The translations under genes were made by a program, and so were the position numbers. This document shows positions 1 to 12,000 of a stretch of DNA of 64,000 nt, one piece after another. Location: the IMG/VR virus record IMGVR_UViG_3300032259_000004, positions 743 to 64,742 of that record. One strand, 5' to 3'. The stretch's first letter is position 1. Each line of letters begins with the position of its first letter. The stretch comes from a virus. Taxonomy: Duplodnaviria; Caudoviricetes. A model generated the notes under the pieces. That model was not told the DNA's origin and did not search any database. It worked only from the letters and a program-made list of their open reading frames with translations.

Positions 1-3000
1 TTTGACCACCGGGTCGCGGATCTCCTGAATCCTCTTGAAGTTCTCGGCGGCCTTCCGCAGGTTTCTCTTCCTCTCCTCTTCAGTCTTTTCGAGAACCTTC
101 AGCAGCCTCTTCCGGATGGCCGAGCCTTCCTTGCCAGCCCTGGCCTTCGCCTCGCGTCTCGCCGTATCGACGAAGCGGATCTGCGCCCCTCGATCTTGGG
201 CTCCGAGAATGTTCCGTATCTCCTGGGCGGATAGGTTGTTGGCGTCCTTGTCCGGCATCAACTTGGCCGCCTTCACCAGATCGCGAAGCTCATCGGTTTC
301 GAGGTTCTCCAACTTCACATCGTAGGCTTTCGCCATCGCGTTGGCGATCCGGACCCGGATCGGCTTCATTAGCTCGTCTGGAATCTCGCCCAGGTCGCCG
401 TCCATCTCATCGCGAAGATCGAAGATCGCTTGCTGTAGACGAACGAACGTCGGGAGGTCGTCCCCGTCGATGGCGTCGAGGATCTTCTCGCCCCACTCCT
501 CGTACTTCTTCGCTCTCGCCTGCCAGGTGGCATCAAGCACCTTCCCGAACCTGTCCCCGAGCTGCTCTGCGACCTCCGCCACGACCTCTTTGAGCGCATC
601 GTCGTCGATGTAGATGACATCCGGAGCGAACTCCTCGCCGAGGTGCTTTATTAAGCTGCCTCGCCTGGTCTTCGACATGAAGAGGACCCGATTGACGTCC
701 CCCTGCTGTTCGCGCGGTAGCTTCGACAGCTCGCGAAGTTGATCCCGATACCAGACCCTCATCCCGGCCTTGAGCGCATCGCGCAAGGCGATCTGATCGT
801 CCTCGTCGAGCGTGGCGAACTTCGGGACTGTCTTCCAGCGGCGCTTGAGGACCTCGCTCGACTGCACGGCGGCCTTGAGCGCGGCGTCCATGCCGGTGTT
901 CGTGATGGCGCTGTCGGTCGCGGTCCCCCATTGACCGATGTTGGCGTTCATCGAGCCCGTGATCCAGTCCCTCGCGTCGTCCCGAGTGGTCCGCTTGCCC
1001 GCCCGTATCCGGTCGCGGATCATCACCTCCAGGCCATCTCGCATCACGGAGCGCAGGCCGCCCTCTCCCTCGAACAGCTCAGCGATCTCCGGCTCGGCCT
1101 TCATCCACAGCTCTGGCGGGGCGAGTTCTTCCGCCATCTCGTCGGCAACCTTGGCCGCATACACATCAACCTTGTCGTCGACCTCCTGCGTGATGGTCTC
1201 CGTCATCTTCTGGAGCGCGAACTTGTGGGCGTCGTCGCGATCTGGCTCCAGGTCGGTGTCGAGCATCCGCTCTCGGAACGCCGCCCGATACACGTCCATC
1301 CCCCTGAAGACGATTTGGCCTGATTCGAGGTCCTCGGCTGGCATCACCTGTTTCAGAAGCTCGTGTCGACTGATCTGCGCCAATGCGGTGCTCGTCGCCT
1401 GAGCGATCTCCATGTCTGGTGGCAACACAACCTCGGTAGCCGCCTTCTGCGCCACATTGGCGACGGCATCCTCGACGGTCACAGCGTCCTTCTCTGGCCG
1501 GATCGCAGGCCGCATCCTGGACTCCTCGGCTGGCCGCGCCAGGAGCGTTGTAGATGGCCTCTCGTGACCGATCTCGGAATCGACCAACTCAAGGAACGCG
1601 CTCTCATCGTCACCCCAGATCTGCCCAGCTCGAACCCTGGCTGCGTTCAGCGCCGAGGGGTACTCAACGCCCTGTCCGGTGCCTGGAACCTCGATGAGCT
1701 GCTCTGCCCGGATGTTGCCGTCCTCGTCGAGCAGCGTCACGCGAAACGTCCACTGGCCCCGCTTCTTGGGCACGGGACCGAACGCCTTGCGGTAGGGCGC
1801 GGTGGAAGACTTCATGCCGTGATGGTCGATCTTCGGGATCTTCGGCAGCGTCGGGGTCGGGACGATCTCGGGGATCTCCGGCCCAGCCGCTTTCAGCTTC
1901 GCCGCCTTCTCCGCCATCGCCGCCTTCCGGACGTCGTGCTGGTAGTTGTTGTTCACGTACTTCCAGAACCGCGCCATCGCCTCGTCGTCTTCGAGTTCGA
2001 GATCGCCCTGCCAGCGATTCCGGTAGAGCAGCAACCGGCCCAGCGTGGTGGTTCCGGTGAGGCGAGGATCGTCGAGTGCCCCGAGGTCGATCTCCAGGTC
2101 GAGATCCGCGAGCTTCCACATGGCCTTCGGGTCTGGATCGGCGAGGATCGTCAGGAGTCGGTTGCGGTCCTCGGGGCTCAGTGCGTCGAGGATCTGGCGC
2201 GTGATGTGCGGATCGCCCGCCGCGCCCCACGGCTCCTCCGAGATCCGTCCTGGCCCCATGACGGCGGTGATCTTGTTCCGCACGTTGTCCCAGGCTCCTT
2301 GGTTGGGTGTGAACCCATACCGAGCCCAGGCATAAGAGCCGTTCGAGGTGGCGTCCGGGATGTGGATCTTGGAGACCCCGATCTTCTCGTACCACTCCAT
2401 CGAGTTGCGCATGATGTGGCGCCCGAGACCGCGCGCAATCGGGTCCACGTAGAGCGCGTCGTGATCGACCTCGACGCTGCCATCGGCCTTCTTGTTGAAG
2501 GTCCGCATGATGTCGAACATTTTGTTGCCGTCTTTGTCCGCGTACTCGATGTGGACGAACCCGGTGCGCTCGTTGGGGTCGATGCTCACTGTCATCGAGT
2601 TGATGTGCGTGGCGTCGTCCGAATCTTCGATGATCCGGATCATCCAATCCTCGACCTCCTGGTCTTCGCCGAAGAGGTTCTGCCAGGCCCGGTGCATCTC
2701 GTCGAGATCGACATCCTCCTCCCGCGCTCCACCCTTGGCCGTCTTCAGCAGCGAGAGCTTGATGTCGGGCTCGACCTCCACCGCACCACCGCCAGGATCG
2801 GTGACCCGGATCGGCTTGAGCAGCGTTTCGAGCTTCTGGCGAGCGGTGACGTACTCGACCCTTCCGGATTCCTCGATCCGCTCCCAGATGTCCCAGGCTT
2901 CTCGGCCCTTGGCCTTGTCCAGGAAGCGGGTCAGCGCATCCCGGTTGTGGACGTAGATCTTGCCGTCCTTGCCCTTCGATTCGAGGATGAGCTTGGCAAC

Positions 3001-6000
3001 GCCACGGACCTCGTTGTCCCAGATGTTGATCTCGTCGAAGAGCGACTCTTCCAGGGCGTTCATCGCCCGCACCGTGACGGTCCGATGGGCGCCGCGAAGA
3101 ATTGGATCTGGCACCCCTCGACCCATCTTGGCCTCGCGCATCTTGGCGAGCTTGGCGGCGAGGTCTTCGGGCAGCGTGTTGTAGTCGGCGACGACCCGGT
3201 AGCCTCGCTTCCTCGCCATCTCGATCTTCTTCTTGAGACCCTCCAGGCTGCCGTCTCCGGTGCCGTCGAGGACCATGTGGGTCTTCCTCTTGGCAGCCAC
3301 CCGGCGCAGGGCCTCCTTGACGAGGTAGCTCGACTCCTCGTGGACAACCTGGGCGTTCTCGACGCTGCGCAACTTGAGGAGCTGCTGGTACTCCGGCAGC
3401 CAGTCTTTGATGGCGTCGGCGTTCAGCAGCGCGTGACCCTTCGGCAGCGAGTAGTAGCCCGCCTCGATTCCGGTGCTCTTGCCCGAAGCCGGGCCGCCTC
3501 CCATCATGTGAAACGTCAGCTCGTCGACGTCGATGTTGTCGGAGTCCTCGATGATCGTGTTGACCATGTAGTCGAGGATGGTCTCGTGCAGCTCGCGCCG
3601 CTCTGGGGTCCACTCCCCCTCCGGCGTCTTGTGCATATTCTGGGTCTCTTGCTTCGTGCCGGGCTCGTGCCACTGATCGACCTCGGCCTGGATCTTCTCG
3701 CGCTCCTCGCCCTCGGCCTCCTTCGCCATCCACTTGAGGAACTCCTCGTCGCCGGGGTGATCGCCTGGAGCTTCGGAATCGAACTTGGCGGCAGCCCTGG
3801 CTCCCACCTTATAGGAGAGGCCCTGGCGCTCCAGCACCTCGTCGAGCTTGTGCTCGAACTGGTTCTTCGCCAGCTCGCGCCGGTACTTGTTCCCGACGTA
3901 GTGCCAGAAGCGCGTCATCTGCTCCGGGTCGTCGAGCTGGATGCGAGCACCCCAGTAGCTATTCCTGGCAACGAGCACCTGGCCCAGCTTGAGCGCGTCC
4001 TCGACGCCATCCGGATCGGGCACCACGAGATCGAGATCGGCCAGTTGCCACATGGCCCTGGGGTCCGGGCTGCTGAGGATGTCGAGGACCCTGGCCTTCT
4101 CGTCGTCGGTCAACGCCTGGAACGCTCGGACCATCTTGGTCTGGTCGGCCCAGCCGCCCTCGAAGTCGATGTCCTCCGCGCCGCCCTTGCCCAGGAGGAC
4201 GCGGCGGAGCTTGTTTCTCCAGGTCATCCACTGGTTCGGCCCAGTCTCGAAGCCGTAGCGTGCCCAGGCATACGGCCCGACGTCAGCGGTGAAGGGGATC
4301 TCGATTTGCCGGACGCCGATCTTCTCGTAGAACTCGACCATGTTGTGCATCACGTCGCGACCGATGCCCCGGTACTTCTCATCGACGTAGAAGTTGCCGT
4401 GCCGTGCGACGAGCCGCCCGTCCTTGCCCCGGTAGATCTCGCGGGCCAGGTCCATGATCTTGTCGCCGTCCTCGTTGACGACTCGCAGGCCGATTTCGAT
4501 CTTCGGGAACTCGTCAGCCGTGTCGATGTCGATGTCGAGGTGCTTGAAGCTGTGGCCTTCGTCCACCTGGCGGACGATGCCCGAGAGGTAGTCTTCGAGT
4601 TCGATCCCGAACTCTTCTCGCACCTCCTCGATGAGATCGTCGAGCCCCGCCTCCACGGCTGGCATCCGGGAGCCCTCGACGCGGCGTGTGATATTGCCGG
4701 TCCAGAGCAGGTCGTCATCGACGTCCTTGCCCTCGCTCTGCGCGAGCATCTTCCGGAGCTTGCGGCTCGCGCCCCTGTACTCGACCTTGCGCCCGCTCGC
4801 GAGGATGCGATCCCAGGCATCCCGAGCCTCCTGGCCGCCCTTGTCAAGGAACCGCCGCAGGGCCTCGCGATTGCGCACGAAGATCGTGCCGCCACGAGTC
4901 GCGTCGAGGATCGCCCGAGCCTTGCCGCTGATCTCCGTGTCCCAGAGTCGCATCTCGTCGAAGAGGTCCCGCTCCAGGAACTCAATCGCGCGAATCGAGA
5001 CGGCCCTGTGCACTCTGCGTGTGACGCCCTCAGCCACCCAGCGACCCGTCCGCTCGGCTCGGTTTTTCGAGTAGAAGACCGCCAGGTCGGTGGGGTTCGA
5101 GGAGTAGTCCACCACGAGGCGGTAACCGGCCTCTCGCATCCGCGTGAGCGTCCCGACCATCGAGTCCAGGTCGCCGTCTGCGGTGCCGTCCATGACGATG
5201 TTGTGGGTGCCCTGAGCGAGCAGTCGGCGGTGGATCTCCCAGGTGATGTCGCTCGACTCCAGGTGAACAAGCTCGGCCCCTTCGTAGCGCCGGGCCTTCA
5301 GGAGCTTCTGGTACTCCGGGAGCATATTCTTGATGTCGTCCGCCGCGATCATCGAGTGGTTGCGTGGCAGCTTCACGAACCCGGATCGGATCGAGGTCGT
5401 CTTGCCTGCCGCGATCCCGCCACCCATCATCTGATAGGTCAGCTCCTCGACCTCTTCGGTGCCCTCCTCCGACGTGATGATCTTCTTCATCACGTAGTTG
5501 ATGATCTCCTCGTGGAGTTCCTTGCGCTCGGGCGTGTACTCGCCTTCGGCGTCGGTGTGCATCGCCTTCGTGGAGCCCCGCTCGATGATCTCGTCCAGCT
5601 CCGGCGCCAGCTCGTCCTTGAGCGCGTCGTCAGCCTCTTCCTCTAGCCACTTGACGTAAGCCTTGTCGTCGCCGTGCTGACCCGGTGAGTCGTCGAACGC
5701 CTTGCGCTTGGCGAGCCGCTCCTCGATGTCGGGCAGCTCCAGCTCATCCGGGGTCTTCGCCGCCTTCTCGGCCTGGAGAACCGCCCGCTGGATCGCCCCC
5801 TCGGCGCGGTCGTCGTCATCGACATAGCGCCAGAACCGAGCCATCTGCTCCCCGTCTTCGGTGTCGAGCTTGAGTTCGCTGAACGCCTGGCGCTTGAGCA
5901 GGGCGTAGCCGAGCTTCACCTCAAGGGATTCGCCGTCGGTCATGTAGTCACTGGAGATCGTGACCTTCTGCGACAGAGCTGCGAGATCCTGGAGGGCGCT

Positions 6001-9000
6001 CGGGTCGGGGTTGTCGAGGATCGCGAGCACCTCCTGCTGGACGTTTCCAGGTAGCGCGTCGAACCACCGCTCCAGATCCTCTGGCGTGTCGGCGAAACCG
6101 AAGGGCTCGTTGAACCCTGGGTACTCGTCGTCAGTGGCAGATCCGGTCAGTGCAGCTCGGAGCGGTTTCCGAACTTCGTCCCACGATCCTGCGTCGGCCT
6201 GGAATCCGTAGCGCGGCCAGGCGTAGGCCCCGTCGTTGACGGCGCTCGGAATCCTGACCTCGTTGATGCCGAGCTTTTCGTACTCGATGAAACTCGCCCG
6301 CATGAACTCCTTACCCGCGCCCCGGTAGTCGGGGTCGACGGTCATCACTCGATGCACGGCGCGGAGCCTTCCGCCGCTCAGGAGTTCGATCTCTCGACTG
6401 ACGAAGAGGATCTGCTTACCTTCGGCGTCGATCAGGTTGAACGAGAAGTAGACCTTTGGAACCTCGTCGACCTGATTGATCGCGATCCCCATGCTGTCGA
6501 TGTGGTCAACGCCCTCGATGCTGTTCGCGATGTTGTAGAGGAAGTCGTCCAGGCTCTCGTCGGTGCCGAGCGCCTCCTTCCACTGATCGTTCATCTCCTC
6601 GCGGCTGAGGAAGGTTCTCTGGACCTTGCCGTCCTTATCCTTCCAGGTGCGTCGGAGGCTTGCGCCCTCGGGCAGGATCTCTTCGAGGTCCTTGCGGGCC
6701 GGGCAGCCTGGGAACTCCGGATGCTCCAGGCAGGTCCTTCGCCAGGCGCGCCCGTAGAGCAGCTCGCTCTCCTTCGCCAGGCGCTTGTATTCCGGGTCGG
6801 TCTTCGGCAGCACGCGCATCTTCTTGTAGAGCGTGTGACCCTTGCCAGCCTTGGCGAGAAGCATGGGCCGGTTGTTGATCTGGACCTCGGCCTTCATGCC
6901 ATCCTTCAGCGTCAGCTTGAAAATCACATCGCGGTAGCCCGCAGGCCCCGCGTTCAGCATCCGGTTCTTGAGACCGACGGGCTCGTCGATGGCCTCCAGC
7001 TTCTCGAAGAGCTTCATCGCGTCCGCTGGGTCGTCCACGACGAAGGTCATGCGGAGCACATCCCCGACCTGCGAGAGGTCGCCATCGTAGTCCGTCATGG
7101 CCTTCTCGGCCACGCGCTCGGCAGTCTTCAGTGGGCCGTAGAAGTAGCTGTTCGGCGTCGGGTCCTTGAAGCTGCTCATCTCCATGCCCAACTCGCGAGC
7201 CACGGCGTCGATCAGCTCGTTGTACTCGTCTTCGTTGTCCGCAGCTCGGGCGATGTAGGAGAGGACCTTCTGCTTCTCGGGCTCGGAGAGCGAGAGGAAC
7301 ACCGCGTCGGGCTCGATGTCTTCGCCATCCTCGACCTTCTTGACCAGCTCCAGGGCCGCCTTCTCTGGGCTGATGACGTTCTCGCGCGGCGGCTCCTTCA
7401 TCCTCTTCTTGGCCTCGAAGGTGCGCTCCTCGTCGCCAACGTAGCGCCAGAAGCGGACCATCTGGGCGTCGTCCTTGAGGTCGATGGAGCCGGACCACTC
7501 GGTTCGCATCGTCAGCGCTCGACCGAGCGGCATCTCGACCTTGGGCCGCGCGACAACCGCAGCCTCGTCGTTCAGGGTGGCTAGCTTGATCTTGACCCTG
7601 GTCTCCAGGTCAACGAGGCGATGGAACGCTGCGGGATCGGCATCCTCCAGGATCTCGATGACCGACTCGCGCAGCTCCTCGGGGAGGCCCTCGAAGAAGG
7701 CGCGCATCTCCCTGTTGTTATGCGGGACGAAGTGACCCAGGCCGCGCTCGCCCTCGATGTCGCTCTCCGGTCCATAGAGCCAGCGGGTGAGGTAGCGCCG
7801 ATAGTCGTCCCACTCGTCCTGCTTCATCTTGAAGCCGTAGCGGCCCCAAGCGTAGGAGCCGACGTCCACGGCGAATAGGCTGACTTCATCGGCCCCCATC
7901 TCGTCGTAGGCGTCGAAGGCTGCCCACATCATCTTCTTCCCCAGGCCGCGCAGCTCGGGGTGGATCTCGATGCTGGTGTGGTGGACGTGGAGCTTGCCGT
8001 CCGTGTCGTGACCGAAGCGGATCGCCCAGTGAAACTTGACATTCGGGTTAGCGGAGTCCTGCGCGTACAGCACGAACGAGATCGAGTCGCCCCCGCTCTT
8101 GTGCTGATGGTAGGTGGTCATAATCCCGGTGACGTCCAGGTCGATGTCGGCTTCTGAGAGGAGCCTGGTCGCGTACTCGTCCAGGTCGATGTCGGTGGTC
8201 TCCTTGATCCACGCCATCGCCTTCTCGACATCCGACAGCGTGGCGTCCGTGCTCCCCGGTAGATCGGGCAGGATGTCCTCCACGTCGCCGTTCGCCAGGG
8301 TGCGCGAGATCTTGACCTCGTGAGCGAAGGTGCTGCGGCCTCCGGGGACAGCCTTGTCCAGGGGCTTGATCTTCTGCGGGCAGCCTGGGAAGGTCGGGTG
8401 GATCTTGCACGTCCTCAGCCATGCCCGGCCATACAGCAGCTCCGACTCCTTGGCGAGCCTCTTGTACTCCGGCGTCCCCTTGTCGAGCACCCGCATGGCC
8501 TCGTAGAGCTTGTGCCCTGGTCCGTTCTTCGCCAGGAGCATCGGGCGATTGTTGATCTGCACTTCAGCCTTCATCCCGTCTTTGAGGACGAGCTTGAAGA
8601 TGACATCCCGGTAGCCGCCCGGTCCGGGCTCGATCATCCGGTTCTTGACACCCTCCGGAGCATCCAGCTCTTCGAGCGCTCGGAGCACCTTGGCTGCGTC
8701 CGCAGGATCATCGACCACGTAGGTCATCCGCAGGACGTCGCCCACCTGGCTGAGATCTCCGTCGTAGTCACCCAGCGCCTTGGCCGCGACCCGCTCCGCC
8801 TTCTTCAGGGGGCCGTAAAAGTAGGTCTCGGGCTCGGGGTCCGCGAAGTCGCCGTCGGTCATCTTGAACTGCTTGGCAACCGCGTCGATGATGGCCTTGT
8901 ACTCGTCCTCGTTGCCAGCCGCTCTCTCGACGTACTGAGCGACCCTCGCCTTGTCGGCATCCGAGAGCGCCAGGTAGAGCGCGTCGTCGTCGATCTTGCC

Positions 9001-12000
9001 GCCGTCCTCGACGATCTGGAGCAGCTCCTTGACCTTCGGGTTGTTGTGGTCGATCTGGAGGGCCGTCGGGACGTCCGGCTTCTTGTCGGCCTCGGGGATC
9101 GCGGCCTGGTAGAACCTCGGCACCATCGGGTCGGGTCCTGGCACATCCGGAGGGTCGGACATCCCCATCGTGCGGTAGAGGGTCAGGATCGCGTCCTTCA
9201 TCGACTCCCGCCACTCGTCTCCCGCGAGAGGTGACTCTGGGACGACGCCGTTGAGCCCTTTCCGGTAGACCGCCGCGTAGAGTTCGGTGACGACCTCGTT
9301 CCAGTTGAACATCATGTCGTCTTCCGACGCATAGCCGGAGATCGACCGGAAGTAGAGCACCCGGAACTGGTTCTGGGACATCTGGCCCGTGGCCCCGCGC
9401 TGCGCGACCGCGATCACGTTGTCCATCGCGTCGCGGATTTCCTCCGAGGCGTAGTGCTGGATGTAGTGCATCATCTCGTGCTGGAAAACCTCGCGCAGGT
9501 TCCCCTCGGACAGGTAGCCTCGATTGAACGCCTTGAGCACGATGCTCTCGACCGACTCTCCCTTCGCGGCCATCCGGTCGAAGAGCGACTTGTTCCAGTC
9601 GATGCTCATCTTCCGGTAGTTGAAGCCGAACAGCGAGCCGCGCGTGGGCCAGTCAACATCCTTGCCGTCGGTGAGTTCGCGCAAGAGTGGCAGCTTGAAG
9701 CGATGCTGGGCTCCGACGATCTCCTCTACCAGCTCTCGGGCCATGTCTCCCAGCCCTTCGAGCTTGACCAGCCGCACGGCCTCATCGGCCTCCTCCAGCG
9801 CCTTCGCGACCGATCCAAACTCGTCGATCTTGTCGTTGTCGGACAGCGCCAGGATGCGTGCGCGTTCTACGCGGGCCTCCGCCAGGACGTCCTTGTCGAT
9901 GATGTGGTCGAGCGCCCATCTTTCCAGCTCGCGGACGTCCTGGAACTCCGGCACCTGGGGCATCTCGCCGTCGCGCTGCTTGGCGAGGTTCGCGATCATC
10001 TTGTTGAAGAAGTCCTCGGCGGCCTCTGAGTCCGGGCTCGGCTCGCTCACAACGAGACGCATCTTGAGCCGGTGGTTGAGGGCGTCCACCATCCGGTCGC
10101 CCGCCTCGTTCACCCAGTCCGGCCAGTCGGCCCGCTTGTAGTTCGGGTCGGTGATGATCGTGAACAGCTCCGCGAAGGCATCGGCGAAGTCGGCGTCGGC
10201 CTTCTTCGAGAGGTCCGCTGCAACTCGCCCCTTGTTCGCCAGGAGCACTTGGCGAATCCCCCCGGCCTCCTCGTACTCGTTGTTCATCATCCTCTGGAGG
10301 CGATAGCCGAGCCTGGCTCTCAGGACTCGACTCCAGGTGTTCGCAACGGTGTCCACGCCTGGGGCGAAGGGCTGGTCAGAGGTCAGCGTCTCGACCAGAT
10401 CGAGGAAGTTCTCGACGTCGTGGAAAAAGCTCGTGCCGATGCCCGCGATGTCGCCAGCCGGTCCGTCACCGTCAACGAGATCGAACCTCGTCATGGCTTT
10501 CTTCAGGCTCACGTAGATCTGCTCTGGCAGCTCGTCGCTGTCGAGGATCTGTCGAAAGACCGGGTTGTTCCAGTTGGCGTTGAGGGCCTCCTGGAGAACG
10601 GCCAGGCGCTCCGGGTCGATCTCCTTGATCCCGGCGTCCTTGCCTATGAGCTGACGCTTGATCTGCGCGAAGGTGCTGTGTTGATTTGCCCGCCAGGCGA
10701 TGTACTCGTCGCTGAACGGGAGGCCGGTGCGCGGGTCGATGTTCTGGTCCGGGAGATCCCCCCGGAGAGTCAGCTTCTCGTTCCAGTCGTCGGTGGCCTC
10801 GGCCAGGGCGCGCGCGGTCTTCGTCTCCGTGGTCTGGAGGATCGGCCCATCGTTGTCCTTCGCCCACTTCTTCGCAGCCCGGACGCGCTCGTTGGTGCGC
10901 TGCCGGGGGATGACCTTCGGAACGTCCGGCTTGCGATCAATCGCTTCTCCCACGATTCGCGCCCTCATTGCGGTGTTCGTGGGGATCATCACCTCCGCTT
11001 CGGCGATGGTCTGGCCTGAGCCGTAAGTCTGCGACGGCTTGAGCTTGATCTCGAACAGATCGCCGCCATTCTTGTCGATGAACTTCTGCGCCGTGCGCTT
11101 GTCGAGAGAGAACGACTGGAACGTGTTCCTTGCGTCCGATCCCGAGAGCTTCCCGCCCCGATAGAGGGTGTACTCCGTGTTCAGGAACTCGTCGAACGGG
11201 ACCTCCTTCCCGAGAAGGTCTTCGACCTGCCTGTGCATGATGTTCAGCGCGGCATCGCGGGCGTCTTGCGACTCGTCCATCGCCTCCGTGATCGTGCGCT
11301 TGTAGGCGATGTCTTCCCTGCGAAACCAGCCGACGTGCGCGTTCTCCGGGATCTCGCGCTCGAAGACCTCGATGGCCTCGGCGCGTGACATCTGCCTTGC
11401 CTTGTACGACGGGCGAAGATCCGCCTGCGGCATCACCTGGCTCGGAGCCTTCTTGCCTGCGGGCTGCGTCATCTCGCGGACGCTGATGGTCCCGTCGGTC
11501 TTCCGCATCTCGTAGGTGATGTGGGCCTTGTCGTCTTCGATGACGTTGCTCGTGATCCTCGCTCGATTGCTGCCCATCTTGAGCACGTCGCCTTCGCGCA
11601 GCTCGCCGAAGGTCGCGTCTCGTGCCTTGAAGAACTCCTGCTCCGGCGTCGGCTTCGGCTTGGGCTTCGGGAGCCGCCCCTCCTTCTTCGCCTTCATCGT
11701 GAGGAGCCGCTGCATCTGGCCGCGTTCGAGCCACTGGTCGAGCTTCACGATCTCGGCATCGCTCAGGGTGAGGAAGAGCCGGGCGTCCTGGGCGACGAGC
11801 TGTGAGAGCGACATCATGCGGCCCTGCGGATCGGCGAACTTGTGGATCGAGATGTCGGGGTTCGTCCGGTACAGCCTGCCCCGGTAGCGTCCCAGGACGA
11901 AGTTCTGCATCTCCGCGTTCTGGCGCCGGAGCCAGCGGTTGTAGGTGACCTTGCCCGAGGTTGTGCCGTCGAGCATGGCGCGCTCTCGGGGCGTCCTGCG

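Noticed and set aside
1363-5646. 1427-aa plus-strand ORF (and other long plus-strand ORFs over 1-12.9 kb)
   Set aside because: Antisense shadow of the giant MuF frame, caused by high GC3. It has no recognisable motifs, while the minus frame encodes clear domains.
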